From a virus (lineage: Duplodnaviria; Caudoviricetes): 39,516 nucleotides of DNA. This document shows positions 14,365-22,812 of this stretch, piece after piece (position 1 is the stretch's first letter; each line of letters begins with the position of its first letter). The translations under genes were made by a program, and so were the position numbers. The notes beneath the pieces were generated by a model. The model was not told the origin of the DNA, ran no database searches, and saw only the letters and a program-made list of their open reading frames with translations. Location of the stretch: positions 1-39,516 of IMG/VR virus record IMGVR_UViG_3300049228_000044; one strand, 5' to 3'.

Positions 14365-14756
14365 AGAAACACTCCTGTTGCCGCCCATGCCGCACTCGCG
14401 AACAGATAGGCCCGCCATAGTCCAGTCCGCCCGGCCCGTTCTCCGACCCAGCCAATCCCGGTTTTGACAAAGGCCATGCCTCCGGTCGCCAGCATTCCCA
14501 TCGCTACCGCATAGGCCAGCGCCGGGTCAGCCTTCGCAACCGCGTGCTGCCAGGCCCATGCGATATACGATAGCCCGGCGAAAAACAGGCAACCGAACAT
14601 GCCATGGGCCGCGAACAATGCCGCAAGCCGTCCCGCTGTCGAGCCGTAGCCTTCCTTCGCGAAACAGGCCCGCGCAGTCAGCCACATCGACGGCACCATG
14701 AACGCACTCGCCAACGCCGCTTGGAAATGCAGCCAAAGGCTGAAGCTAACGCCCAT
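14361..14756 (-). CDS. Multi-TM membrane protein (holin/antiholin candidate)
   Basis: About four hydrophobic segments; ATGA-coupled to the endolysin. Confidence 0.65.
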   Translation of the reverse strand: MGVSFSLWLHFQAALASAFMVPSMWLTARACFAKEGYGSTAGRLAALFAAHGMFGCLFFAGLSYIAWAWQHAVAKADPALAYAVAMGMLATGGMAFVKTGIGWVGERAGRTGLWRAYLFASAAWAATGVFL

Positions 14757-14856
14757 CGATATGCGTCCCGATGCGCTCCATCGCTTCCATCAGGTTCAGG
14801 CGTTCTTCGACCACGTCCATGCGCTGCCACAACGTCGGCCCGAACCATCGCCGCAA
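14746..14856 (-). CDS. Possible small hypothetical protein (start uncertain)
   Basis: Fills the gap between neighbours: RRWFGPTLWQRMDVVEERLNLMEAMERIG. No clear RBS. Confidence 0.35.
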   Translation of the reverse strand: MRRWFGPTLWQRMDVVEERLNLMEAMERIGTHIDGR

Positions 14857-14861
14857 GAACT

Positions 14862-15059
14862 TTACGTGATGCCCAACTTCCGTTCCAGTGCAGCTATCCG
14901 TTCGTCCTTGGCTTCCTCGACTGCTACAATCCGGGCTTCCAACTTGTTGACCCGTTCCTTCATCGGCAGCACAAGGATGGTATAGCACGCCCCCCAGCCC
15001 ATGCCGAAGATCGCTGAGAACAGCGGGACGTTGAGCGCCGTAAGGTCGATATCCCCCAT
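14862..15059 (-). CDS. Single-TM plus coiled-coil protein (lysis-associated)
   Basis: GAGG RBS; TM segment then RVNKLEAR...RIAALERK. Confidence 0.75.
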   Translation of the reverse strand: MGDIDLTALNVPLFSAIFGMGWGACYTILVLPMKERVNKLEARIVAVEEAKDERIAALERKLGIT

Positions 15060-15071
15060 GTTGCAAGGCCC

Positions 15072-15488
15072 TCATGCTGCCCCCCTTAATCGGCCATGAC
15101 TTGCCGCCGGGATTATCGGTTGTAGTTTCGGCCAGGGAAGGCCCAAAGCCATTTGTATCGCCACGGCGGTCCAGTTGATCCACCATAATGTCACCTCAGG
15201 CCCCCAAGGGAACTGCGCCGCCCAGCACACCGGCATCAGGGCGATTATGCCCCATGCCGTCCAGTGCCGTTCACGGGCGCAAAGCCAGATGATCGCGGCA
15301 TCGCACAGCGCGAAAACAATCCGGCTGTCGGCCCCGGTATCCGCCCAGATGAATTGCTGGAACAGCCACGCGAGGCACACCGCAAAGCCGGTTTCCCGGA
15401 ACGTGCCGACCGTCCATAGCCGCACCGCGTTGCCCGCAAGGCAGGCAAACGAAAGCGCGATCAGGACAACCAGCGTCCAGTGCATCAC
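15072..15488 (-). CDS. Trp-rich multi-TM membrane protein (138 aa)
   Basis: About five hydrophobic segments; coupled to the upstream peptide gene. Confidence 0.75.
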   Translation of the reverse strand: MMHWTLVVLIALSFACLAGNAVRLWTVGTFRETGFAVCLAWLFQQFIWADTGADSRIVFALCDAAIIWLCARERHWTAWGIIALMPVCWAAQFPWGPEVTLWWINWTAVAIQMALGLPWPKLQPIIPAASHGRLRGAA

Positions 15489-15607
15489 CGGGGCGGGCCG
15501 TTGCCGGTTCCACCGCTGTTTGCGGTGACATCATCGCGGTTACGCTTTTCCAATGCTTCGGCAATTCGTTCCAGGGCGGCGGCTATGCGTTCTTGTACGT
15601 CATGCAT
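15485..15607 (-). CDS. 40-aa peptide MHDVQERIAAALERIAEALEKRNRDDVTANSGGTGNGPPR
   Basis: Strong TAAGGAG RBS; stop overlaps the next start; below the ORF-track cutoff. Confidence 0.75.
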   Translation of the reverse strand: MHDVQERIAAALERIAEALEKRNRDDVTANSGGTGNGPPR

Positions 15608-15618
15608 TGGTATTCTCC

Positions 15619-16140
15619 TTATGTGTTGGGAATGCCCCATATCGAAGCCTTGCCGGTCGGCATCGTGCCGCTGGAAAGAAAGAACTTAAGCCCATCCATC
15701 GTGCCTGTGTTGGCCAGAAACCCGAGCGAGCGAACATGCCTAAGATTGCCGTCCGCCGAAGTGTAGGCCGCGTGCCCGCGCAGATACTTGTGCAGCGCTT
15801 CGTTGGGATTGCCGATCTGGTATATCCCGGCGAAGCTTTCCCCGCTGGCGTTTCCTACCATGCTGGTAGCGTTACGTGTAAGCAACATCGAAGCCGCCGA
15901 GGTGCTGTTGTCATCTGATACCGCTGATGCAGTGTCCCGCACGGAAGCAATAAACCGATAGCCCGATGTCACCAAAGAACCGCCTATCGCAAATTGCGCA
16001 ACAATACTGACATTATCCGTGCCCACGGTAATGCCTTCAAGCCGAACCTGGATATCGTCATAGCCGGACAGCGAAAGCCCCGAGAACGTGATAGCATTGC
16101 TGGTCGGCGAAGTGATTTGTGAAATGAGTGTATAGCCCAT
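15619..16140 (-). CDS. Tail-tip/receptor-binding protein, paralog 3
   Basis: Beta-rich 173 aa, similar to the two upstream genes; follows the tail fibres. Confidence 0.7.
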   Translation of the reverse strand: MGYTLISQITSPTSNAITFSGLSLSGYDDIQVRLEGITVGTDNVSIVAQFAIGGSLVTSGYRFIASVRDTASAVSDDNSTSAASMLLTRNATSMVGNASGESFAGIYQIGNPNEALHKYLRGHAAYTSADGNLRHVRSLGFLANTGTMDGLKFFLSSGTMPTGKASIWGIPNT

Positions 16141-16664
16141 CAGGTGTGCCCTATCAGCACTGCTTTGCCCGTGGGCATTGTGCCGGTACTAAGCAAAATT
16201 CGCAGCCCGTCGATTGCAGTGGAATTGTTGACCACGCCCTCGCCATTGGCCATGATCGCGTTGCCAGTTGGCCCGGTGTGCGCGCCGTTGAATGTGAGAT
16301 ATCGCGGCTCGCTGGTTTCACGGTTAACCAGTTCGATCCGGGTGACAAAACTCTCCCCCGCCGCGTTGCCTACGCCGAAATTGGCGCCGCCATCGGTTAG
16401 CGCGATTTGTGCAGCCGCGTTTGTCGTCTCCGAGTCGGTTGTCCCGCCAGTAGAACGTGAAACATGGACATAGGAATAGTCGCTGGCGCCGGAAAGAAAT
16501 GAACCGCTCTGCGACACCCTGAGCCGGACTGAGGCATCATCCGTTCCAACAGTCAAACCCCAGACGTGTAAGGTCACAAGGCGATAGCCAGTCAAGGTCA
16601 AGCCGGTGAAACTGAGCGCATCGCTGGTAGGCGAAGTTAGCCGCGAAATGACTACCGAAGTCAT
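16140..16664 (-). CDS. Tail-tip/receptor-binding protein, paralog 2
   Basis: Shares TSPTS..L.F.GL.L.GY, G.TVGTD, VGNA.GESF and GTMPTGKA with paralog 3. Confidence 0.7.
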   Translation of the reverse strand: MTSVVISRLTSPTSDALSFTGLTLTGYRLVTLHVWGLTVGTDDASVRLRVSQSGSFLSGASDYSYVHVSRSTGGTTDSETTNAAAQIALTDGGANFGVGNAAGESFVTRIELVNRETSEPRYLTFNGAHTGPTGNAIMANGEGVVNNSTAIDGLRILLSTGTMPTGKAVLIGHT

Positions 16665-17221
16665 CAGGAAAGCCCCATCAAAAACACCCGCCCGGCAGTC
16701 AGAGAGCCGCCGCCATTGGTGCAGAACAGGCGAAAGCCAGTGATGTTACCGGTATTCGCCAGCATCCCCGACATAGTGGTGTAAACACTTTGCCCGTTAG
16801 GTTGCCGGTAGGTTATGTGCCCGGTTACGAACTTGTTGAGGCTACTCACCGCGTTTCCAATGTCTAGATACCCGGACAGGCTTTCTCCTGACGCATTGCC
16901 AACCCCTTCGCCAGCGCCAGGATTATGCAGTTCTATATAGGCTATTGATGTACTACCGCCAGAAGTTGTAGAACCGGCGCTTTCCCGGTCTGTATAGGAT
17001 TCCTGATAGCCGGAACTCACAACCGAACCGCCCATTTCCAGTTGCAAGGCAATGGAATTATCATCGGCATTAACCTTCAAGCCGGAAAGATAAACGCGGA
17101 TCGTGTAATAGGACGACAGGTCGAGACCGGTCAGGTTGATCTCGCCCGCGACAACATCGCCGTCATCGACGATTTCACTCCGCGCGCCCGCGCCTAGCCG
17201 CCAAGTAAACCCCCCGCCCAT
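16664..17221 (-). CDS. Tail-tip/receptor-binding protein, paralog 1 (185 aa)
   Basis: ATG 17221 in TGATG overlap; LTGLDLSSY, GVGNASGES and LANTG.ITG motifs. Confidence 0.7.
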   Translation of the reverse strand: MGGGFTWRLGAGARSEIVDDGDVVAGEINLTGLDLSSYYTIRVYLSGLKVNADDNSIALQLEMGGSVVSSGYQESYTDRESAGSTTSGGSTSIAYIELHNPGAGEGVGNASGESLSGYLDIGNAVSSLNKFVTGHITYRQPNGQSVYTTMSGMLANTGNITGFRLFCTNGGGSLTAGRVFLMGLS

Positions 17222-18507
17222 CAGGTGATCCCGTCGCCGGTCAGCCGCCATACCGTCGAAGTCACCTTGAGCAGCGATGCCGTGCCATTCGCCGCGATAG
17301 TCCGCGAGCCGGTAGAGCTTCCCCAACGCAGCGTGTCGGTTGTGATCGCCAGCGTGATCGCCCCGCCGCCGTTCTCGTTCACAATCGCAATCACCGTGCC
17401 GATCTGAAACGCAACCGAACCGTTGGCCGGGATTGTCAGGGTGTGCGGTGTGCCGGAAACGTGATAATAATGCCCGCCGCTGTCTGTCAGGGCCAGTGTG
17501 TAATCGTCCTGGTCCGCCATCTGCGGCGCGCCAAGGAAGCCGACTGAGGTTGTAACAGGCGTGCCGCTTTGTGTGACGGTCGAAGCAAGGGTGAGCGTCA
17601 CCGCCCCAGCCGCAAGCGCCTGCCCGTTGGCCCGGACGTATCCTACACACCGCACTACGTCCGAACCCTCGGAGCGGAACCGGGCCACGTCACCCGCCGC
17701 CGTGACGATGTTGGCGCCGGTCGGCAATATCAACGTCGAAGCATTATGCGTCAGCGTCAGGATGCCATCGAATACCAGATCAAACCAGCGTCCGGCCTTG
17801 TCCGTCGCCGGGTCTATATCGGTTATCGTGGTGGTGCCGGTGACGTGGAAATAGCCGCCATCGGTTAGCAGCATCGTCGCCGCGCTGGCAATGTCGCTAC
17901 CTTGTTCCCAAAGCGCTGCGAGGCTGTCAGGAGAAACAACCGTATTGGTTGCCGTGCCAGTCAGCACCCCGGCAGTTGAAGCCTGGTCGATTTGGCGGAT
18001 CAGGTTTGACCCTTCTACCGCAAGGATGCCCGCACTGGCGCGGGTAAGTGTGGTATCGCTGGCGTGACCGATTTGGAAACCGGCAAACTTTGGGGTGTCG
18101 CTTCCGCCCAAACCCAAATTGTCGCGGGCGGTGTCAACGCTTGAAACGTCGCTCAGGTTGTTCGCCACCAGCAAAGCGTCGATTGCCTCAAGCGCATCAA
18201 CCCGCGCCTCAAGCGCCGAAACATCACCCGTCACCGCCCCGTCCGGGAACTCGACATCGGTTATCGTTTTCTTGACTTCGCCGTCATAGGAAATGCGGAT
18301 AGTGCCGCTGGTGGCGTTGGTCCAGAACTCGAAAAACCCTTCTGCGTTTGAAGTCAGCGCATCAGTGTCCTGGTCAATCGCAGTGCTGCCGTCGTCGCTG
18401 TAAATCGTCTCGAAAGCGTCAACCGAAGTCAGCACCTCGATTGTCGCGCCGTTGACCGGCTTGCCGGTGACGGCGTTCTCTACGGTGTTGAAATAATGCC
18501 GGGCCAT
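17221..18507 (-). CDS. Tail fibre / tailspike-like protein
   Basis: N-terminal head-binding-like domain, coiled coil, ANNLSDV...ARDNLGL fibre motif, Thr/Gly-rich C-terminus ending W...GD. Confidence 0.8.
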   Translation of the reverse strand: MARHYFNTVENAVTGKPVNGATIEVLTSVDAFETIYSDDGSTAIDQDTDALTSNAEGFFEFWTNATSGTIRISYDGEVKKTITDVEFPDGAVTGDVSALEARVDALEAIDALLVANNLSDVSSVDTARDNLGLGGSDTPKFAGFQIGHASDTTLTRASAGILAVEGSNLIRQIDQASTAGVLTGTATNTVVSPDSLAALWEQGSDIASAATMLLTDGGYFHVTGTTTITDIDPATDKAGRWFDLVFDGILTLTHNASTLILPTGANIVTAAGDVARFRSEGSDVVRCVGYVRANGQALAAGAVTLTLASTVTQSGTPVTTSVGFLGAPQMADQDDYTLALTDSGGHYYHVSGTPHTLTIPANGSVAFQIGTVIAIVNENGGGAITLAITTDTLRWGSSTGSRTIAANGTASLLKVTSTVWRLTGDGIT

Positions 18508-18510
18508 GCC

Positions 18511-19137
18511 TTACACCCCAATCGAAAAGATTGTGCCGGAAACGGCTGCGTCTCTGGCGCTGAAAAGCGTTGCGGTCGATAGCCCGGTTGCAGAAACAAA
18601 CGGGTCATTGTCTTGCGCCGCCGTATCCGATGAACCCCCGTTAAACCATGCCCTCGCCCACGAACTATAGGTGTGCGCGTCACCATAGGCAACGCTTGTC
18701 GAAGTGTTGGCGGAAGCGGTTACATCCTTCCAGGCGAGGGTGAAATTGCCCAGCGTGAGCTTGCCGCTGGTAGCCCCGCCGGTTGCGGCAGGTTCCGAAG
18801 CTGCGCCCAGGGTAGTCCGTGCCGCCGCTGCGTTGGCGTCATCGATCAACGTTCGCCCGAAAGCCGAAAGATCGGTGGTAGCAAAGGTATCCGAACCGGT
18901 GGCATATATCAGCTTGTCCGCCGCCGTAGCTACCGCTGCAAGCGCGGTAAGGGTGGCCTCAAGCGGCTGAAAGTCCGCCCCGCCAAGAAACGTGCCATCG
19001 TCCAGCGCCGATGCAATGTCCGCCATAAGCTGCCGGATTGCATTGTTGATGTTCGCCGGGGTGCAGTTTTCCGCGATGTTGATCCCGGAAATTGCGGTAT
19101 TGCTGCCCGGCGTTGCGGAGTAGTCGGTTACGGCCAT
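18511..19137 (-). CDS. Tail fibre protein
   Basis: N...GINIAE.C.PANINNA.RQLMA N-terminus and LTALA...ADKL.Y.TG...FGRTL.DDA.AAAARTTLG fibre motif. Confidence 0.85.
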   Translation of the reverse strand: MAVTDYSATPGSNTAISGINIAENCTPANINNAIRQLMADIASALDDGTFLGGADFQPLEATLTALAAVATAADKLIYATGSDTFATTDLSAFGRTLIDDANAAAARTTLGAASEPAATGGATSGKLTLGNFTLAWKDVTASANTSTSVAYGDAHTYSSWARAWFNGGSSDTAAQDNDPFVSATGLSTATLFSARDAAVSGTIFSIGV

Positions 19138-19165
19138 TGCATTGCCCTTTGTATCGTTTTAATCT
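19137..19165 (+). promoter_or_regulatory. Antisense sigma70 promoter (leaderless mRNA)
   Basis: TTGCAT-17-TAATCT; ATG 19172 lies 7 nt after the -10 box. Confidence 0.65.
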
Positions 19166-19171
19166 GTGCCG

Positions 19172-19348
19172 ATGGGGCACCTTGCCGAAGTGATGTTCTG
19201 GAAAGCCTTCATTGTCGCGGCTTGGGCGGGCTACAGCGAAACCCGCCCCGACAAGGCCCTATTGCGGCGCTTCCAGCGCGAATGGGACAAGCGCAGAGCC
19301 AAACAACCCCTTCTTCTTCCGTACCCACTCCCCGAGCGCCTTGACTGA
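19172..19348 (+). CDS. Small antisense membrane protein (58 aa), superinfection-exclusion candidate
   Basis: MGHLAEVMFWKAFIVAAWAGY... hydrophobic N-terminus and basic tail; own promoter; overlaps the 3' end of the ejection gene. Confidence 0.55.
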   Translation: MGHLAEVMFWKAFIVAAWAGYSETRPDKALLRRFQREWDKRRAKQPLLLPYPLPERLD

Positions 19349-21883
19349 CTGCGGGCGTTTCCCAAGCATCAATGCTTGTGCGGCCTTCTGCCCTGTTTTT
19401 GTGTACGGCGTGGACATAAGAGCCAACAAAGCCGCAACCTTCGGGTCTATAATCCCCGCCTCCTGCGCCCCGAACGCGGCCAGCGGTGCCGAAGCAACAA
19501 GTGCCCGCCCGACCGTGCCGCTATTGGGGATGGTCGAAGGCAGCAGGGACTGCGCGTCAGCCTGCAAATCCTGCCCCGGCCTTGCCCCGATAGCCGTCAT
19601 GCGCTTGCCCGCCGATTGGTCGGTTGCGCGCAGTTTTATGCCCTTTTGCGCCGGTGTGTAGATGCCCCGGTTATTCACCGCCCCCGCCACAGCTTCGCGG
19701 ATAGGACGCAGGGCCGCAAAGGCTTCATCGGCACTGCGATACTTACCCATCAAATCCGGGGCTTGACGGTCAGCCATGGCTGTCATTTCATCAAGCATAG
19801 CGCCCGCACGCTTTGACTGCCCGTATCCGCCTGGCGATTGGGCAAGGTTGCGCCTTTCGTTGGAAAGAATTTGCTTCGCCGCCTGCATTCCTTCGCCGGT
19901 CATGTATCCGTTTACTATCTGGTCAGAAACAACCGGAGCGTAATCGGGATACTGCTGCATTGCAGTCTGCATCGCCTGGTCAGGCTGCAAGCGCATCGGC
20001 CCGAGCGCCTTGCCATAGGCGTCGGAAACCGCTTGGTCGGCCTGCGCATAGCCCCCTTGGCCCGCCTCTGTGACCCGCCCTCCTACCGGGGCGATGGCGC
20101 GGTTCATATCGACGCGGTTGAAATCCTCAATACCGCGCGTGCGGATGCCGCCGATCATATCGCCGATCACCGGCAAATCAGCCAGTCTGTCCTCTATCCC
20201 GGCGATTGCCTTGCCGCCCCAGCCCGGACGATCCCGAAGGATTTGGCCCGGCGAAAGTGTAATACCGGCTTCATGCAGATTGCGCGCAGCGGATACCGGG
20301 GCCGTAACCCCGCTGATCGCCCGCCCGCCCGCTGCGCCGATCCCTTGGCCCAACGTGCTGCCGATAGCAGAATACGCCGCACCGCGCAGCGGATCACCCT
20401 CAGTAACGCCGCCGTACCCAGCGCCATAGGCTGTATCGACAGCAAGGTTTTTCCCGAATGTCCCAGGCGGCCCGCCAAGCGTCTGCCGCGCCTTTATGAG
20501 CGCGTTGCGAACCAAAGGCGACATCCCGGCGGTATTGGACGGCAGCGCGGCACGCAGCGCTTTGCCACCGCCGCGTCCGGCCATACCAAGGCCCTTGGTC
20601 CCCAAAATAGCGCCGCCGATCTCCCCGGCCATCATCCCGGCCCCGTTCCAGTCGCCGGAATTGCGGATTGCCTCGTACTGATCGCCAGCCAAAGCCGAAA
20701 CTCCGCCCATCGACATCATATTGCCGAACCCCGCCGCTGCCGCTCCGGCGGGGTTATTGGCAAGACTGTTATCGATGATTTCAGACTGGCTCATCGGCAC
20801 TTTTGGCGGGGGGATGCGTGTATTCAGCGTGCCGCCTTTTTGCTGCGCCTGCTGCGCACTGCGCGCCCATTCGCGGTATTTTTCGGCTTGGATATCATCA
20901 ACCCCATAGCCGTAGCGCTGGTCAAGCTCGCTGCGAAACGCAGCGTAGCTGTCCGGCGTTAGGCGTCCGGCGTTCTGCCCCATCCATTGTTCGTATTCCG
21001 CCTGCATTCCGGGCGGAATAGTCCCCAGCTTCTCGGTGCCGCCAAACGGTACGGCCTGCTTGTTTTCGCTGTTGTCGAGGTACAACGCGCCAAGCGGGTC
21101 TCTCTGCTCAGGTTGCTGCGGCGGCCCTACTGGCGTAATCCGGCCATTGGCATCAGGGACGCCGCCTAGCCGCTGGATAGCTTCCTGCCGCGCCTTTTGT
21201 GCCAATCCCTCAATCGAAGACATCGTTTCCCGGTTGGTTTCGTCATACGCCCAACTGTCGGGGATATACGAACCCAGGTTGAGTTTCATTTCCGCCAGCG
21301 AGTTGTTTTCCCCGCCGGTTGTCCCGGTGCCTTGCTTGGCCCACGCCCGCAAGCGTCCAGCCGCCTTGTCGAAGCTCTTGTTTGCCTCGGTCGGCAGGAA
21401 ATCCTGCACCCCGTAGGCCCCAGAGGTCTTGCCTTGCCCGCGTGCGAAAGTCTGGCGTAGCTCGACAAGCATTTTCTCGATTTGCTGTGCGGCATTGTAT
21501 TGCGCGATAGCATCTGAGAACTGCGCAGCGGTCATTTCAGGACGCCCCGCGCCGTTTTTCGGGGTAGGCATCCAACCGGGGATAGGAGCAATATTGCCCT
21601 GCGCGTCGAGCGTCTTGCCTTCTTTTTCCAAATCGGCAAGGAACTTGGTTTGCTGCAAATTAAGGCTTGCGGCGGCGTTTCCTTGTGAAGCCGACGCCGC
21701 CTGAGCGGCGCGCGCTGCCGCTTGGCGGGCCAAGTCTAGCCTAGCGTTTTCATTTGCCTGCGATTGTGCCCGAGCCGGGTTGGGGAGGTTGTAAACGCCG
21801 CCAGCAGGCGGACGCGAAACAGGGTTGCCCTGCGCGTCCACCTCTACATATTCGCCGGTTTCCAAGTCTTGACGATACGACAT
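19259..21883 (-). CDS. Large DNA ejection/transfer (internal virion) protein, 874 aa
   Basis: Ala/Gly/Gln-rich helical protein at the P22 gp16-like position; ATG 21883 in TAATG overlap with GAGG RBS. Confidence 0.8.
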   Translation of the reverse strand: MSYRQDLETGEYVEVDAQGNPVSRPPAGGVYNLPNPARAQSQANENARLDLARQAAARAAQAASASQGNAAASLNLQQTKFLADLEKEGKTLDAQGNIAPIPGWMPTPKNGAGRPEMTAAQFSDAIAQYNAAQQIEKMLVELRQTFARGQGKTSGAYGVQDFLPTEANKSFDKAAGRLRAWAKQGTGTTGGENNSLAEMKLNLGSYIPDSWAYDETNRETMSSIEGLAQKARQEAIQRLGGVPDANGRITPVGPPQQPEQRDPLGALYLDNSENKQAVPFGGTEKLGTIPPGMQAEYEQWMGQNAGRLTPDSYAAFRSELDQRYGYGVDDIQAEKYREWARSAQQAQQKGGTLNTRIPPPKVPMSQSEIIDNSLANNPAGAAAAGFGNMMSMGGVSALAGDQYEAIRNSGDWNGAGMMAGEIGGAILGTKGLGMAGRGGGKALRAALPSNTAGMSPLVRNALIKARQTLGGPPGTFGKNLAVDTAYGAGYGGVTEGDPLRGAAYSAIGSTLGQGIGAAGGRAISGVTAPVSAARNLHEAGITLSPGQILRDRPGWGGKAIAGIEDRLADLPVIGDMIGGIRTRGIEDFNRVDMNRAIAPVGGRVTEAGQGGYAQADQAVSDAYGKALGPMRLQPDQAMQTAMQQYPDYAPVVSDQIVNGYMTGEGMQAAKQILSNERRNLAQSPGGYGQSKRAGAMLDEMTAMADRQAPDLMGKYRSADEAFAALRPIREAVAGAVNNRGIYTPAQKGIKLRATDQSAGKRMTAIGARPGQDLQADAQSLLPSTIPNSGTVGRALVASAPLAAFGAQEAGIIDPKVAALLALMSTPYTKTGQKAAQALMLGKRPQSVKALGEWVRKKKGLFGSALVPFALEAPQ

Positions 21884-22257
21884 TATCGGCCCCTCATTCT
21901 GGCAAGAATGTCCTGCCCGTATTTGCGCGTTTTCTGGCCCCAAATCTTGCGATTGGAACCGCCGTGATAGTACATTGCCGCATCGCCAAGATTGCCACTG
22001 CGTTGGCCGTAATCCCATGCTTCGCGCACTGCCGCATCGGTCAAGGCGTCTTGGTACTTCTTGGCCGCTTCGCTTGTGCCTTCCATCAAATGAGGCTGAT
22101 AAGGAATACCAAGTCTGCGGGCTAGCGCCTTTTCAGTTTCAGGCATGATCTGGCCCAATCCCCCAGCGCCTGAACCTTCGCGGTTGCGAACGCCGTACTG
22201 CCCGCCGGTTTCCTGCCCGATGATCGCCTGCTTGAAACCGCCGTATTCAGCGCGGAA
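21883..22257 (-). CDS. Lytic transglycosylase (SLT-like) domain, probably translated by frameshift from the upstream gene
   Basis: IIGQETGG...SGAGGLGQIMPET...A..YYHGG...TRKY motifs; no plausible start codon at the domain boundary. Confidence 0.75.
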   Translation of the reverse strand, partial: FRAEYGGFKQAIIGQETGGQYGVRNREGSGAGGLGQIMPETEKALARRLGIPYQPHLMEGTSEAAKKYQDALTDAAVREAWDYGQRSGNLGDAAMYYHGGSNRKIWGQKTRKYGQDILARMRGR

Positions 22258-22801
22258 AGCCGCCCGGCGCGGACGCCGGACCTCCCGGAATTTGATCGAC
22301 GATAGGGCCAAGGCGGCGCGGCTTCGGGTTGGCGCCGCCCAAAGCGGCACCGACGCCCGATTGCGGGCCGCTGTAGAAGTTATCTCCGGGCAGGGTCATG
22401 TTGACCATCGGATCGCCCAAACGCCGCAAATACATGTCAGCGGCTTCCTTGCCGAGCGTCTTTTGGATGTACTGATAATCGTTCACCGTGTCATTGTTGA
22501 CCGATTTCGGATTGGCCCGTTCATAATCGAACCGCTTTTGCCAATCCTCCCAACTTGTCGCGCGTTGCCGCTCCGCCTGCTGGGCTTCATGCTGGGCGCG
22601 GCGGTTTTCCTCCATTCGCGGCGCATAAATCGGGCGCATCCCGTTCACTTGGAGGAGGTAATCGCCAATCGACCCCGCAATTCCTCTGCCTACGCCGCCT
22701 TCGCCAAAGAAGCCGGGCTTCTTGGCTGGCTCTTGTGGCGGCATCTGCTGCGGCGCGAACGCCCCAGCGAAACCTTGCGGAAGCCCAAAAATACCGAACA
22801 T
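22247..22801 (-). CDS. DNA ejection/transfer protein 2 (184 aa)
   Basis: AGGGG RBS before ATG 22801; Gly/Gln/Pro-rich; position in the ejection cluster. Confidence 0.75.
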   Translation of the reverse strand: MFGIFGLPQGFAGAFAPQQMPPQEPAKKPGFFGEGGVGRGIAGSIGDYLLQVNGMRPIYAPRMEENRRAQHEAQQAERQRATSWEDWQKRFDYERANPKSVNNDTVNDYQYIQKTLGKEAADMYLRRLGDPMVNMTLPGDNFYSGPQSGVGAALGGANPKPRRLGPIVDQIPGGPASAPGGFPR

Positions 22802-22812
22802 ATCAAGCCCCC

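Noticed and set aside
17222-17650. 5' extension of ORF 16664-17650 overlapping the tail fibre (possible frameshift isoform)
   Set aside because: The extension reads as an Arg-rich shadow frame. A TGATG-coupled ATG at 17221 gives a protein matching its two paralogs in size.
15619-19137. Diversity-generating retroelement or invertible tail-fibre cassette
   Set aside because: No reverse transcriptase, no template/variable repeat pair with adenine-specific differences, and no invertase or flanking inverted sites seen.
19838-20962. 374-aa + strand ORF, and similar long antisense ORFs at 29544-30407 and 32020-32685
   Set aside because: Antisense shadows of well-supported ejection, capsid and portal genes.
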